Assembly (NCBI GenBank): GCA_017883205.1
Contig: JADGNZ010000035.1
Span: 444 to 64,443 of the forward strand
Direction: 5' to 3'
DNA: 64,000 nucleotides
Source: Thermoanaerobaculia bacterium
Lineage (GTDB): Bacteria > Acidobacteriota > Thermoanaerobaculia > Gp7-AA8
Shown here: piece after piece, positions 37,487-47,782 of the stretch
How the letters are laid out: every line of letters begins with the position of its first letter
Position numbering within the stretch: position 1 is the first letter of the stretch
Position numbers and translations under genes: made by a program
The notes under the pieces: model-generated
The model's input: only the letters and a program-made list of their open reading frames with translations
Told to the model about the DNA's origin: nothing
Databases searched by the model: none

Positions 37487-37989
37487 GGTGGCTTCGATTC
37501 GCGGTCGGACTCCTGATCGCTCTGACTCTTCACTCGCTGCTCGACAGCTTCTTCCCGAACGCGCTGGCGTTCTTCAACCCGTACGTCATCCTCGTCGTCT
37601 ACTACTCGATGGGCGGCAACGTCTTCGGCGCGATCATCGCAGGCGTCATCGCAGGCCTCGTGCAGGATGCCTACTCCGGCGCGATGTTCGGACTTCACGC
37701 TTTCGCACTCACCGTTTGCGCCTACGCCGTGGCCTCCATCAACTCCCGCCTCGTGCTGCGCGGCACGCTCGCGTTCGGCGCCTGCCTGGTCGGGGCCGTG
37801 ATCGTGAACGAGCTGGTGATCTACATCCTCGTGAACATCCTCCTCAAACAGAAGGTCGAGATGTTCGAGCAGGGAATGATCGTAAAGACGGTCTTCACCT
37901 GCCTCTTCGGGATGATCGTCTATCTATTGTTGACCCTGTTTCTGCGAGAAGAGCCGATCGACGCAACGAGGAGGCCGGCAGGGTGGTGA
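37483..37989 (+). CDS. mreD: Rod shape-determining protein MreD
   Basis: Polytopic membrane protein coupled (ATGA-type overlap) to mreC, in the canonical position. Confidence 0.75.
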   Translation: MRWLRFAVGLLIALTLHSLLDSFFPNALAFFNPYVILVVYYSMGGNVFGAIIAGVIAGLVQDAYSGAMFGLHAFALTVCAYAVASINSRLVLRGTLAFGACLVGAVIVNELVIYILVNILLKQKVEMFEQGMIVKTVFTCLFGMIVYLLLTLFLREEPIDATRRPAGW

Positions 37990-37995
37990 GTTTCG

Positions 37996-38114
37996 CGGGG
38001 GTCGGCTTTCGGGGGTCGGGGGTCGGAGCAAGGCCTGCTACATGCAAGACCGATAATTGAACACCGATAATAGAGCTCGATCCGACACCCGACTCCCGAA
38101 CCCCGACACCCGAG
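37996..38114. repeat. Hairpin element CGGGGGTCGGCTTTCGGGGGTCGGGGGTCGGAG...TCCGACACCCGACTCCCGAACCCCGACACCCG
   Basis: GTCGGGG-subrepeat arms. The AT-rich loop carries the direct repeat ACCGATAAT x2. Located between mreD and mrdA. Confidence 0.8.
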
Positions 38115-38123
38115 TGACCAACC

Positions 38124-40106
38124 ATGCGCGTCTACCGAGATGACCAGAAGTTCCTGACCTTCCGCATCAACGCGCTCCTGTGGGCGATCGTCATCGTGTT
38201 CGTGTTTCTGGCGGGCTCGTTCTGGGTCGTGCAGGGCGTGCAGGCGGAGAAGTATCGGAACCTCTCCGAAGCCAACGCCCTTCGCGAGCTCGTCACGCCG
38301 GCGAAGCGCGGACTGATCCTCGACCGCAGCGGACAGAAAATCCTCGCCGACAACCAACCGGCCTATTCGCTGTCGCTCGACCGCGTGGTCATGCGCCCGA
38401 TCATCAAGAACGATCCGTCGCATCGCGACAAGGTCGTGGCATTCCTCGCCCAGGTTCTCGGCGTGCCACCGCAGGAGATCGAGGCCCGGTTCGAAAAAGG
38501 CAAGGCCATTCCCAACGCGCGGCCCATTCCTGTCGCGGAAGATCTGTCGATGACGCAGGTCGCCTCGATCCAGGCGCAGGCGATCGCCTTTCCCGAGCTC
38601 GACGTCGAGCCGGTGCAGCGACGCAACTATCCGTACGCGACCATGGCCGCGCACGTCATGGGCTTCATCGGTGAAGTGAACGAGAAGGATCTCATCGCGC
38701 ACAAAGAGCTCAAGCAGGGCGACCTCCTCGGCAAACGCGGCGTCGAGATGATGTACGACGAGTATCTGCGCGGCCGCGACGGCGCGCAGTACTGGCAGTA
38801 CGACAGTCACGGCCGCCGCCTCGAGGAGTACCGCGCCGCGCGGAAGGAGCCGGTCGCGGGTGACAACGTCTATCTCACCATCGATTTCGACCTCCAGCGC
38901 CGCGCCGAGCAGTACTTCATCGAGAACGAGTTCGTCGGCTCCGCGGTGGCGCTCGATCCGCGCAACGGCGAAGTGCTGGCCATGGTTTCTTCGCCCGCGT
39001 TCAATCCCAACGTCTACTCGCGCCGCTTCACGCCCGAAGTCTGGCGGACCATCGCCTCCAACCCCTTCAAGGTCGAGCTGAACCGCGCCATTCAGGGCCT
39101 CTACTCGCCGGGATCGGTTTTCAAACCCGTGATGGCTATGGCCGGGCTGTCGGAAACAGCGATCGACACGACGACTTCCTTTTTCTGCAGCGGCAGCGGC
39201 GTGTTCTTCGGACGCCGATTCCGCTGCTACAACAAGAATGGCCACGGCGACGTCAGCGTCGCCAACGCCCTCAAAGTGTCGTGCGACATCTTCTTCTTCA
39301 ATGTTGGAGCGCGTCTCGGTGTCGACCGGATCGCCGAATACGCGCACAAGCTGACCTTCGGTGAGATCTCCCGAATCGATCTCGATGGCGAGAAGGCGGG
39401 CCTCGTTCCCTCCACGGAATGGGCGAACACCAAGCAGCACCGCAAGTGGTATCCATCGGAGACCATTTCGGTCGCCATCGGTCAGGGACCGCTCCTCGTC
39501 ACGCCGCTTCAGGTCGCGAACATGATGGCGGCCATCTCGAACGGAGGTACGGTCTACCGCCCTCACGTGGTGAAGATGATCGAGAAGGTCAACCCTGACG
39601 GCCGCGTCGAACGGCTGCAGGTCGCCAGCGAAGTGCTGCACAAAGTCACGCTGGCCCCAAAAGCGCTCGAGACCGTCAAGCTGGGGCTCTGGAAAGTCGT
39701 CAACGAGCAAGGCGGCACCGGCGGCAACGCCCGCATCGAAGGATTAAACGTCTCCGGCAAGACCGGCACCGTCCAGGTCATCGCGCAGCACGGCTGGGTG
39801 AAGACCGAAGGTTTGCCCTACAAGTACAAGGACCACGCGTGGTTCGCGTCGTTTGCGCCAAAGGACAATCCGCAGATGGTCGTGGTCGTCTTCGTCGAGC
39901 ACGGAGGCCACGGCGGTGTCGACGCCGCGCCGCTGGCCAAGTTGTTGTACGAATCGCGCTTCCGCGAGCAGGTCCTGAACGCCAACCTCGATCTCTCGAA
40001 TCCCGACACGCTTCAAGCAATCAAGGAAGGACAAGCGCCCGTTCCCGGACAAGTCAAGAAAGCGCCAGCCGCGGCCGCAGGCTCGAACCCGAACCTCGGC
40101 CACTGA
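38124..40106 (+). CDS. mrdA: Penicillin-binding protein 2 (peptidoglycan D,D-transpeptidase MrdA)
   Basis: N-terminal transmembrane helix and dimerisation domain, then the transpeptidase motifs SVFKP (SxxK), SGD-like, KTG (GKTGT). Confidence 0.9.
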   Translation: MRVYRDDQKFLTFRINALLWAIVIVFVFLAGSFWVVQGVQAEKYRNLSEANALRELVTPAKRGLILDRSGQKILADNQPAYSLSLDRVVMRPIIKNDPSHRDKVVAFLAQVLGVPPQEIEARFEKGKAIPNARPIPVAEDLSMTQVASIQAQAIAFPELDVEPVQRRNYPYATMAAHVMGFIGEVNEKDLIAHKELKQGDLLGKRGVEMMYDEYLRGRDGAQYWQYDSHGRRLEEYRAARKEPVAGDNVYLTIDFDLQRRAEQYFIENEFVGSAVALDPRNGEVLAMVSSPAFNPNVYSRRFTPEVWRTIASNPFKVELNRAIQGLYSPGSVFKPVMAMAGLSETAIDTTTSFFCSGSGVFFGRRFRCYNKNGHGDVSVANALKVSCDIFFFNVGARLGVDRIAEYAHKLTFGEISRIDLDGEKAGLVPSTEWANTKQHRKWYPSETISVAIGQGPLLVTPLQVANMMAAISNGGTVYRPHVVKMIEKVNPDGRVERLQVASEVLHKVTLAPKALETVKLGLWKVVNEQGGTGGNARIEGLNVSGKTGTVQVIAQHGWVKTEGLPYKYKDHAWFASFAPKDNPQMVVVVFVEHGGHGGVDAAPLAKLLYESRFREQVLNANLDLSNPDTLQAIKEGQAPVPGQVKKAPAAAAGSNPNLGH

Positions 40107-40107
40107 G

Positions 40108-40252
40108 GTATTGCCTTCGGCGTTGTCGGTTCATTGCCTGCGGCGTTCTCACATCCTTTAATCAACAGCCTGAACTTGGCTCACAATGACAACGCCCAAA
40201 CGCTCTCAACCGACAACGCCGAAGGCAATCAACCGATAACGCCCAAGGCAAT
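40108..40252. repeat. Hairpin element ATTGCCTTCGGCGTTGTCGGTT...AACCGACAACGCCGAAGGCAAT, plus an extra partial copy
   Basis: 22-bp perfect inverted repeat separated by about 75 nt between convergent genes. The loop and flank contain repeated AACGCCCAA/ACAACGCC motifs. Confidence 0.8.
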
Positions 40253-40256
40253 CGCA

Positions 40257-40622
40257 TCAGTAACTCCTCTTGAATTTGTCGGCGTCGCGGCGCTCTCGCT
40301 TGGTCGGACGTCCCGCTCCCCGCTCGCGGAACACCGCATCGTCGATCTTCTCGATGACCGGCGTCTCGTCGATGTACATCGTCCGGGCGGTCTCTTTCGC
40401 CTGTTGCCGGTCCGGAATGCCCTTCACGACAAACTTCCGGAACCGCTCGCCGGCATACAGCTCAACTACGTCTCCCTCGCGTACGGGCGCCGCCGGCTTG
40501 ACCCGCTGTCCGTTGAGTTTCACGTGACCACCGCGGCATGCCTCGGTCGCATCGGTGCGATGCTTGACGAGGCAGACATGCTTGAGCCAGGTGTCGATGC
40601 GATGACGCTCTGAGTCGCTCAT
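40257..40622 (-). CDS. Hsp15-like S4 RNA-binding domain protein
   Basis: MSDSERHRIDTWLKHVCLVKHRTDATEACRGGHVKLNGQRVKPAAPVREGDVVEL is an S4 domain. The longer upstream ORF would overlap the HU gene. Confidence 0.75.
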   Translation of the reverse strand: MSDSERHRIDTWLKHVCLVKHRTDATEACRGGHVKLNGQRVKPAAPVREGDVVELYAGERFRKFVVKGIPDRQQAKETARTMYIDETPVIEKIDDAVFRERGAGRPTKRERRDADKFKRSY

Positions 40623-40646
40623 TCGGAAGAGGTTATAATCCCGCCC

Positions 40647-40916
40647 ATGATTAAAGCCGACATCGTCAACAAGGTGGCGGAAGTGTCCGAAATTTCGCGT
40701 GTGAAGGCCGCTCAGGCAGTCGACACGGTGATCGAAGGGCTGCGCAATGCGCTCGCGCGCGGGCAGCGGATCGAGCTCCGCGGATTCGGCGTTTTCCAGG
40801 TCAAACAGCGGAAGAAAGGGATCGGCCGCAATCCGAAAACCGGCGTCGAGGTGAAGATTCCACCCGGCAACACGATCCGCTTCAAGCCCGGCAAAGAACT
40901 GCGGAACCTTCTGTAG
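40647..40916 (+). CDS. HU/IHF-family DNA-binding protein
   Basis: 89 aa: [12 protein letters not shown]...[42 protein letters not shown], the HU beta-arm signature. Confidence 0.85.
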   Translation: MIKADIVNKVAEVSEISRVKAAQAVDTVIEGLRNALARGQRIELRGFGVFQVKQRKKGIGRNPKTGVEVKIPPGNTIRFKPGKELRNLL

Positions 40917-42487
40917 TGTCACCCGAGCAGAACCGGCATTTCGCCGCCAACGGCCAGACCGTACTCGTTCTCGACTTCGGTTCGCAGTACACGCAGCTCA
41001 TCGCCCGCCGCATTCGCGAGCAGTGCGTCTACTCCGTCGTCCATCCGTTCGATATTCCGATCGAGCGCGTGCGCGCGCTTGCGCCTCAGGCCATCATCTT
41101 CTCAGGTGGACCGCAATCGGTTTACGCCGACGCCGCGCCGATCTGCTCGCGCGAGATCTTCGATCTCGGCGTCCCGATCCTCGGCATCTGCTACGGCATG
41201 CAGCTCACTGCCTACCTCCTCGATGGGAAAGTGGAAGCATCGGCCGAGCGCGAGTACGGCCGCGCAGAGATCGACCTCCGCGGCACCGACTCGCCGCTCT
41301 TTGCGGGTACGCCGTCGCATCAACGCGTGTGGGCAAGCCATGGCGACAAAATCCTGCGCGAGCCTCCCGGCTTCCGCACGACTGCCTCGTCGGCAAACGC
41401 GCCGATCGCCGCCTTCGAGAATATCGAGCGGCAGTGCTACGGGATTCAGTTTCATCCCGAGGTCACCCACAGCGAAGCGGGAACGTCGATTCTTCGCAAC
41501 TTCCTTTTCGAGATCGCCCATTGCACTCCGACCTGGAACCTCGGCGACTACCGCAAACGAAAGGTCGAGGAGATCCGCGCGACGGTCGGCGACAAACAGG
41601 TCATCGCTGCGGTCAGCGGCGGCGTCGATTCGTCCGTGGCCGCGCTCCTGGTCGCCGAGGCGATCGGCGATCAGCTCACGGCGATCTTTGTCGACAACGG
41701 CGTGTTGCGAAAGAATGAAGCGATCCAGGTCATGTCGCGGCTCTCCGAGGGCCTCGGCATGCACATCATTGCCGTCGACGGAAGACAGCGCTTCTACGAC
41801 AAGCTCGCAGGCATCGAAGACCCCGAGGCCAAACGCAAGAAAATCGGAAACGAATTCATCGCTGTGTTCGAGGAAGAGGCGAAGCGCATCGCCGGCGCCG
41901 AGTTTCTCGTGCAGGGAACGCTCTACCCCGATGTCATCGAGTCGGTGTCGGTCAAAGGTCCCTCGGCCGTCATCAAGACTCACCACAACGTCGGCGGTCT
42001 GCCCGAAAAGATGGGGCTCAAACTAATTGAGCCTGTCCGCGAGCTGTTCAAAGATGAGGTGCGCCGTCTCGGACTCGAGCTCGGACTCGAAGACGAATTC
42101 GTCTGGCGCCATCCGTTTCCCGGCCCGGGACTGGCAGTGCGAATCCTCGGCGAAGTGACCGCCGAGCGCGTCGCGATCCTGCAGAACGCCGATGAAATCG
42201 TGATCGAAGAGATCCGGCGTGCCGGCCTGTATCGTGAGATTTCTCAGGCATTTGCGGTTCTGCTGCCCGTGCGCAGCGTCGGCGTGATGGGCGACGAGCG
42301 GACCTACGAAAACGTCGTCGCGGTCCGCGCTGTATCGACGACTGATTTCATGACTGCCGACTGGTACCGTATGCCCCACGACGTGCTCGACGCCATCAGC
42401 CGGCGCATCGTCAACGAGGTCCGCGGCATCAACCGGGTCGTCTACGACATCTCCTCGAAGCCTCCCAGCACGATCGAATGGGAGTGA
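40916..42487 (+). CDS. guaA: GMP synthase (glutamine-hydrolysing)
   Basis: GATase domain (GICYGMQL), ATP-PPase SGGVDSSV motif, C-terminal dimerisation domain ending ...PSTIEWE. Confidence 0.95.
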   Translation: MSPEQNRHFAANGQTVLVLDFGSQYTQLIARRIREQCVYSVVHPFDIPIERVRALAPQAIIFSGGPQSVYADAAPICSREIFDLGVPILGICYGMQLTAYLLDGKVEASAEREYGRAEIDLRGTDSPLFAGTPSHQRVWASHGDKILREPPGFRTTASSANAPIAAFENIERQCYGIQFHPEVTHSEAGTSILRNFLFEIAHCTPTWNLGDYRKRKVEEIRATVGDKQVIAAVSGGVDSSVAALLVAEAIGDQLTAIFVDNGVLRKNEAIQVMSRLSEGLGMHIIAVDGRQRFYDKLAGIEDPEAKRKKIGNEFIAVFEEEAKRIAGAEFLVQGTLYPDVIESVSVKGPSAVIKTHHNVGGLPEKMGLKLIEPVRELFKDEVRRLGLELGLEDEFVWRHPFPGPGLAVRILGEVTAERVAILQNADEIVIEEIRRAGLYREISQAFAVLLPVRSVGVMGDERTYENVVAVRAVSTTDFMTADWYRMPHDVLDAISRRIVNEVRGINRVVYDISSKPPSTIEWE

Positions 42488-42634
42488 GGAGATTCCGGAA
42501 TCTATTATGCGTCCGTCTCCCGAGTTTCCATTTTTGTGTAGCTCTCCGCCATCAGACGCTGTAAGTTACTCATACGCGTCCTACCTGAAAACAGTTCCTC
42601 GCACATGTCGTGCGTGGTGAAGAGGAGAACCTGC

Positions 42635-44098
42635 ATGAATCCAGCCCGGCCCCTTTCACGTTTCATCGTCGGTTCCATGTTGTGTCTGTTGCTACTTCCC
42701 GCGATCGCTCTCGCCAAACCCGGCGGCGCCGACCCGATTGCCCGCATGACGGCATCAGGCTCGGTGGCCATCTGGACGACGGCAGTCAGCCACGACAAGA
42801 TCGCACTCACTGTAGTCGGCCCTGACGGATCCGTCTTCCAGAAGGAGTTTGCGGCGGGCGTCACGCCAATGTTCCGTCTGCAGGATCTGGGCGGGAAGGC
42901 TGCGGACGGCTCCTACACGTACGAGATGCGCATCATCCCGAACGTTAGCTCCGCCGTCAGACAGCAGCTCGCAGCAGCGCGCGAAGCAGGCGACGATGCC
43001 GCGGCGGCTCGCATCCAGCGCGATGCCGGATTGGCGGAGCAGATGGTGCAGTCGGGGACACTATCGGTGTCGAACGGCGCATTCATCGATCCCGACGCCA
43101 CCGAGCCGGTTCTTCGCCAGCCGGCGGCGGCCGCCTCCAGCACTACGAGCGGCACTACGAGCGCCTCATCGATCAGCCCGCCGAAGAAGATCTCGCCGCT
43201 CGACATCGTCCAGGCCGACGATGTGATCATTCAGGGAAGCCTCTGTGTCGGCCTCGACTGCGTCGTCAACGAGTCGTTCGGCTTCGACACGATCCGGCTC
43301 AAGGAGAACAACACTCGCATTGCTTTTGTGGACACGAGCACTTCCGCCGGGTTCCCGACGCACGACTGGCAGCTGACTGCGAACGACAGCGCCAGCGGCG
43401 GTGCGGAGAAGTTCTCCATCGAAGATCTCACCGCCGCAACCGTGCCTTTCACTGTGAGGGGCTCCGCACCAAACAACGCGATCTTCGTCGACAGCACCGG
43501 CCGCGTTGGCTTCCGTACCGCCACGCCAGTGCTCGACCTTCACGTCGCCACCGGCAACACACCGGCTCTGCGCCTGGAGCAGAACTCCAGCGGCGGATTC
43601 ACCGCGCAGACCTGGGACATCGGGGGTAACGAAGCAAACTTCTTCGTACGCGATGTGACCGGCGGCTCACGCCTCCCGTTCCGCATCCGTCCCGGCGCAC
43701 CGACGAGCTCCATCGACATCGCGGCGAGCGGCAACGTAGGCATCGGAACGGCCAGTCCGTCAAATATTCAATCGAATGGCCCGGTCGTTCACATTTCGGG
43801 AACCGGCGCGGCACTGCGTATCAAGGACACGGCGTCCGGCGGTGATTGGAACCTCTTTGCGAGAAACGGTGCCTCGACGAACCTGTTCCGGATCTTTGAC
43901 GGTGCCGCCACTGCCGATCGATTGGACATCGACGCATCGGGCAACGTCGGCATCGGGACGACGACACCCACGAGCAAACTTCAGGTCGTTGGCTTGCCGG
44001 TCTTCGCAAACAATGCCGCAGCAGTCGCGGGCGGCTTGACGGTCGGCGCGTTCTACCGAAATGGCGGCGATCCCGACAGCGTTAGTGTCGTCCACTAG
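42635..44098 (+). CDS. Secreted protein with phage tail-fibre/endosialidase-chaperone-like SGNVGIGT repeats
   Basis: Signal peptide MNPARPLSRFIVGSMLCLLLLPAIALA. Repeats DIAASGNVGIGTASPS and IDASGNVGIGTTTPTSKLQVVG. Confidence 0.6.
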   Translation: MNPARPLSRFIVGSMLCLLLLPAIALAKPGGADPIARMTASGSVAIWTTAVSHDKIALTVVGPDGSVFQKEFAAGVTPMFRLQDLGGKAADGSYTYEMRIIPNVSSAVRQQLAAAREAGDDAAAARIQRDAGLAEQMVQSGTLSVSNGAFIDPDATEPVLRQPAAAASSTTSGTTSASSISPPKKISPLDIVQADDVIIQGSLCVGLDCVVNESFGFDTIRLKENNTRIAFVDTSTSAGFPTHDWQLTANDSASGGAEKFSIEDLTAATVPFTVRGSAPNNAIFVDSTGRVGFRTATPVLDLHVATGNTPALRLEQNSSGGFTAQTWDIGGNEANFFVRDVTGGSRLPFRIRPGAPTSSIDIAASGNVGIGTASPSNIQSNGPVVHISGTGAALRIKDTASGGDWNLFARNGASTNLFRIFDGAATADRLDIDASGNVGIGTTTPTSKLQVVGLPVFANNAAAVAGGLTVGAFYRNGGDPDSVSVVH

Positions 44099-44125
44099 AT
44101 CTTCGATCCTGATCGCTTGACCTGA

Positions 44126-44172
44126 GCCGCGCGGCGTGTGGAGATCCTCCACGCGTCGCGCGGTTTTTCTTT
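44126..44172 (+). terminator. Rho-independent terminator after the tail-fibre-like gene
   Basis: GCCGCGCGGCGTGTGGAGATCCTCCACGCGTCGCGCGG stem-loop followed by TTTTTCTTT. Confidence 0.6.
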
Positions 44173-44202
44173 GCACGCGATTATCGAGCTCGGGACTCCC
44201 CA

Positions 44203-44240
44203 GAAAAAAGCACGGGGCGCGGCGGAAGACCGCGCCCCGT
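44203..44240 (-). terminator. Rho-independent terminator downstream of ftsZ (end of the dcw cluster)
   Basis: Minus strand reads GGGGCGCGGTCTTCCGCCGCGCCCC then GTGCTTTTTT. Confidence 0.6.
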
Positions 44241-44318
44241 TACGGAGCAGATGATCCCGGGTCCCTCTCCCCTGGATCGCGTACGGCACGCAGGAGGGGC
44301 GCGCCGCGTTGGAAAACG

Positions 44319-45623
44319 CTAGTCGCTCAAGTTGCGGATCACCGTCGGAATATCGAGGTCATTGCCGAAATCACTCGACGCCATCGGCCCGAAACCTCCG
44401 GAGCCGTCGGGCCGGCTGAATCCTTTGCGAAAAAAGGGAGGATCGTAAATCTCCCCCTCCGCGCCTACCTGCGGCGCAGCCTGCACCGCTTCCTGCGTTA
44501 CCTCGTGCTGCGCCGCAATCTCCTTCGGCGCGAACGGCCGGAACGGCACCTGCGTCGAAGTTGACGAAGGCCGCGACGCGTGACCCGACGAGAGCTGTTC
44601 GCCGCGCGTATTGAGAAACCCCTTCGTCGCCGAGTCGAAACCGGTCGCGATGACGGTGACTTTGACTTCGTCTTTCATCCGCGGATCGATGACCGTTCCG
44701 AAGATGATGTTCGCTTCCTCGTCGGCCGCTTCCTGGATGATCGACGCGGCCTCGTGCACTTCGAACAGCGTCATATCCGGGCCGCCGGTGATGTTGATCA
44801 GAACGCCCTTCGCCCCTTCGATCGACGCTTCTTCGAGGAGCGGCGATGAAATGGCGCGCTGTGCGGCTTCGACCGCACGATGTTCGCCCGAGCTCACGCC
44901 CGTGCCCATCAGCGCCATGCCCATCCCGTGCATGATCGTTTTCACGTCGGCGAAGTCGAGATTGATCTCGCCCGGAACCGTGATGAGATCGGAGATGCCC
45001 TGCACTGCCTGCCGGAGGATGTCGTCGGCGATGTTGAACGCCTCGTTGAGCGACGTTGCGCGCTCGACGAAGTTGAGCAACCGTTCGTTCGGAATCGTGA
45101 TCAGCGTGTCGACGGTCTCCCGCAACGCGCGGATGCCCTGTTCGGCCTGAATGCGCCGGCGTTTGCCTTCGAAGCCGAACGGCTTCGTGACCACCGCCAC
45201 AGTGAGCGCGCCGAGCTCCGCCGCCAACGACGCGATGATCGGCGCCGCGCCGGTACCCGTACCGCCGCCCATCCCCGTCGTGATGAAGATCATGTCCGCG
45301 CCCGAGAGCGCCTCGAGAATGCGGTCCGTGTCTTCGAGCGCGGCCTGTTTGCCGATCTCCGGGTTCGCGCCGGCGCCGAGACCTTTGGTCAGCTTGCCGC
45401 CGATCTGCAGCTTCACCGGTGCCAGCGACGTTCGCATCGCCTGGACATCGGTGTTCGCGACCATGAACTCGATGCCTTTGATCCCGGCCTGAATCATCCG
45501 GTTGACCGCATTCCCACCACCACCGCCCACGCCGATGACTTTGATCTTGGCTCCGAGCTGCTGCCCTTCGTCGAGCATCACCGCTAATCGGCCGTCACCA
45601 GGTTTTTCGTCAAATGTGATCAT
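44319..45623 (-). CDS. ftsZ: Cell division protein FtsZ
   Basis: [13 protein letters not shown] tubulin GTP-binding signature. C-terminal conserved tail DIPTVIRN. Confidence 0.95.
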   Translation of the reverse strand: MITFDEKPGDGRLAVMLDEGQQLGAKIKVIGVGGGGGNAVNRMIQAGIKGIEFMVANTDVQAMRTSLAPVKLQIGGKLTKGLGAGANPEIGKQAALEDTDRILEALSGADMIFITTGMGGGTGTGAAPIIASLAAELGALTVAVVTKPFGFEGKRRRIQAEQGIRALRETVDTLITIPNERLLNFVERATSLNEAFNIADDILRQAVQGISDLITVPGEINLDFADVKTIMHGMGMALMGTGVSSGEHRAVEAAQRAISSPLLEEASIEGAKGVLINITGGPDMTLFEVHEAASIIQEAADEEANIIFGTVIDPRMKDEVKVTVIATGFDSATKGFLNTRGEQLSSGHASRPSSTSTQVPFRPFAPKEIAAQHEVTQEAVQAAPQVGAEGEIYDPPFFRKGFSRPDGSGGFGPMASSDFGNDLDIPTVIRNLSD

Positions 45624-45682
45624 TTACCGTCTCCAGGAAGAGTAATCATTTTTCGTTACGCATTCAAACAATATTTGCATTC

Positions 45683-46912
45683 CTACGTTTGCGTGAAGAG
45701 CGACTTGAGCCCATCGGCGATTCGAGCGAAGCCACGCCGCGGACGCTTCCGTACCCGGGCCCGGTCCCGAAAGCCCCACAACAGCAGGCCTGCTGCGGCC
45801 GCCCATTCCGGCCCCGCGACCGTGTCGGAGAGGCCGCTCAGTCCTCGCGGCACGCCTTTCCGCGCCTGCTGATCGAACACCTGCTCGACCATTTCCACCA
45901 TCCCATCCATCTCCGCGCCGCCGCCGACAACGACCACGCCGCTGCGGATCTCTTTGTCCAATCCCACCTTCTCGATATCGCGATAAACGAGTTTTGCGAT
46001 CTCGGCCGCGCGCGGTTCCAGGATGTTCGTCAGCTCGTGCTTCGAAAGGATCTTCGGCGCACGGCCACCCACGGTCGGCACTTCGATCGGATCATCCTCA
46101 GTGACCAGCGAAGCGAGCGCGCAGCCGTAGCGCTTCTTGATCCGCTCCGCGTCCTCCATGGGCGTCCGCAACACGACCGAGATGTCGCTGGTGAAATGAC
46201 CCGCGCCCACCGGCAGTACGTTGGTGTGGACGACGTTCCCTTCGAGAAAAACGGCGTAGTCCGTCGTTCCCGCACCGATGTCCATGAGTAAAACACCCAT
46301 CTCGCGCTCGTCCTGGGTCAGCACCGCTTCGGCAGCGGCGAGCTGCTCGAGCACCAGCTCCTGCACGGCGATGCCCGCTTTGTTCACGCCGGTCAGGACG
46401 TTCTGGTTGTGCGTGCGCGCACCGGTGACGATGTGGACGTTCGCCTCCAGCCGGCCGGCGGTCATGCCGAGGGGATCGTGGATGCCGTCCTGTCCGTCGA
46501 CGACGAACTCGCGCGGGATCACGTGCAGCAACTCGAGCTCGGCGGGAATGTTGATCGACTTCGACGCCTCGATGACGCGGTCGATGTCTTCGCGAGAGAT
46601 CTCACGATGCTTCCCGGTGACCGAGATGACGCCGCGCGAGTTGACCGAGCGGATGTGATCGCCGGCCACGCCGACGTAGACCGATTCGATCTGCAGTCCA
46701 GCCATGACCTCGGCTTCGTCGACCGCTTTCTTGATCGCCTCGATGGCCTGATCGAGGTTGATGATGTTGCCGCGGCGCGTTCCCTTCATCGGCGAGGTGC
46801 CTTTGCCAATGATCTCGATCTGGCCGCGGTCGGTTACTTCCCCGACCAGCACACAGACCTTGGAAGTCCCGATATCGAGCGCGACGATGTATTTCTCTTC
46901 GGTCTTCGGCAT
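45683..46912 (-). CDS. ftsA: Cell division protein FtsA
   Basis: YIVALDIGTSKVCVLVGE actin-fold N-terminus; full length. Confidence 0.95.
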   Translation of the reverse strand: MPKTEEKYIVALDIGTSKVCVLVGEVTDRGQIEIIGKGTSPMKGTRRGNIINLDQAIEAIKKAVDEAEVMAGLQIESVYVGVAGDHIRSVNSRGVISVTGKHREISREDIDRVIEASKSINIPAELELLHVIPREFVVDGQDGIHDPLGMTAGRLEANVHIVTGARTHNQNVLTGVNKAGIAVQELVLEQLAAAEAVLTQDEREMGVLLMDIGAGTTDYAVFLEGNVVHTNVLPVGAGHFTSDISVVLRTPMEDAERIKKRYGCALASLVTEDDPIEVPTVGGRAPKILSKHELTNILEPRAAEIAKLVYRDIEKVGLDKEIRSGVVVVGGGAEMDGMVEMVEQVFDQQARKGVPRGLSGLSDTVAGPEWAAAAGLLLWGFRDRARVRKRPRRGFARIADGLKSLFTQT

Positions 46913-46930
46913 TCGTTGTCTCCTGAATGG

Positions 46931-47782
46931 CTAATTCGTGATCGGTGCAAAAATCGTTGGTTTTGGCGTAGACGGCTGCAGCACGGCGGGATGAACCGGC
47001 TTCACGACGATGCGTCCGGCAAAGCGAAGATCGGCGTATTCGATGTCGTGGACGCCGAAATGCTCGGCGCGCGCGACCGCGTAAAGGTCCCGCCACTTCG
47101 CGGAAAGATCGCTATCCCCGGCGTAAACGAACGCGCCCAATTCGCGGTCGAAGAGCGCGAATGAGCTCGGCGCGATCGGCCGGACTTCCGAAATGCGCGA
47201 GTAAATCTGCGGATCGCGAGCGCGAAGCGTCTGCAGCAAGACGACACTACGTTGCAGTTCGGCACCCGGTGCATTGGTGATGAGCGGCAGATCGCTGTCG
47301 CCGACGGAAGGAGCCAGCTCCGCAAACGCCATCCCGTCTTCGTCGACGTAGCTGATGCGCCCCTTCTCGGCAACGAGCGCGGCCGGCGTGCGCTCGACGA
47401 TGCGAATGCGCAACGTGTCGGGAAGCTTCTTTTCTGCCTCGATGCGCTTGATCCAACCTAGTCCGCGAAGATCATGGCGCAGCCGGCCGATGTCGATCTT
47501 AAAGAGGTTCTCGCCGACGTACGCGCGGGTGACGGCATCGATCTCGGCTCGCGGCGTATGTACGACGCCTGTGACTTCAATCGACTTGACTGCGAAACGG
47601 TTGTCTCCCCGAGTGTGCTGAAAAACGAGAATCGAACTGATGACGAGACCGATCACGATGCCCGCTTTCCCACCAATGGCGGCAAGACGCTGCAGCTGAA
47701 TCCGGCGCTGATTGCGGCGGATGCGCGCGACGTCCGCCGGGCGGAAGAAGCGAGGCGAGGTGCTGTCGTAACCGGCCGACAT
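46931..47782 (-). CDS. ftsQ: Cell division protein FtsQ (POTRA domain)
   Basis: Transmembrane helix, then FAVKSIEVTGVVHTPRAEI POTRA start. Conserved position between murC and ftsA. Confidence 0.8.
   Translation of the reverse strand: MSAGYDSTSPRFFRPADVARIRRNQRRIQLQRLAAIGGKAGIVIGLVISSILVFQHTRGDNRFAVKSIEVTGVVHTPRAEIDAVTRAYVGENLFKIDIGRLRHDLRGLGWIKRIEAEKKLPDTLRIRIVERTPAALVAEKGRISYVDEDGMAFAELAPSVGDSDLPLITNAPGAELQRSVVLLQTLRARDPQIYSRISEVRPIAPSSFALFDRELGAFVYAGDSDLSAKWRDLYAVARAEHFGVHDIEYADLRFAGRIVVKPVHPAVLQPSTPKPTIFAPITN

Noticed and set aside
40257-40922. 221-aa form of the Hsp15-like gene
   Set aside because: The extension would completely overlap the HU gene on the opposite strand. The conserved S4 domain begins at MSDSERH (40622).
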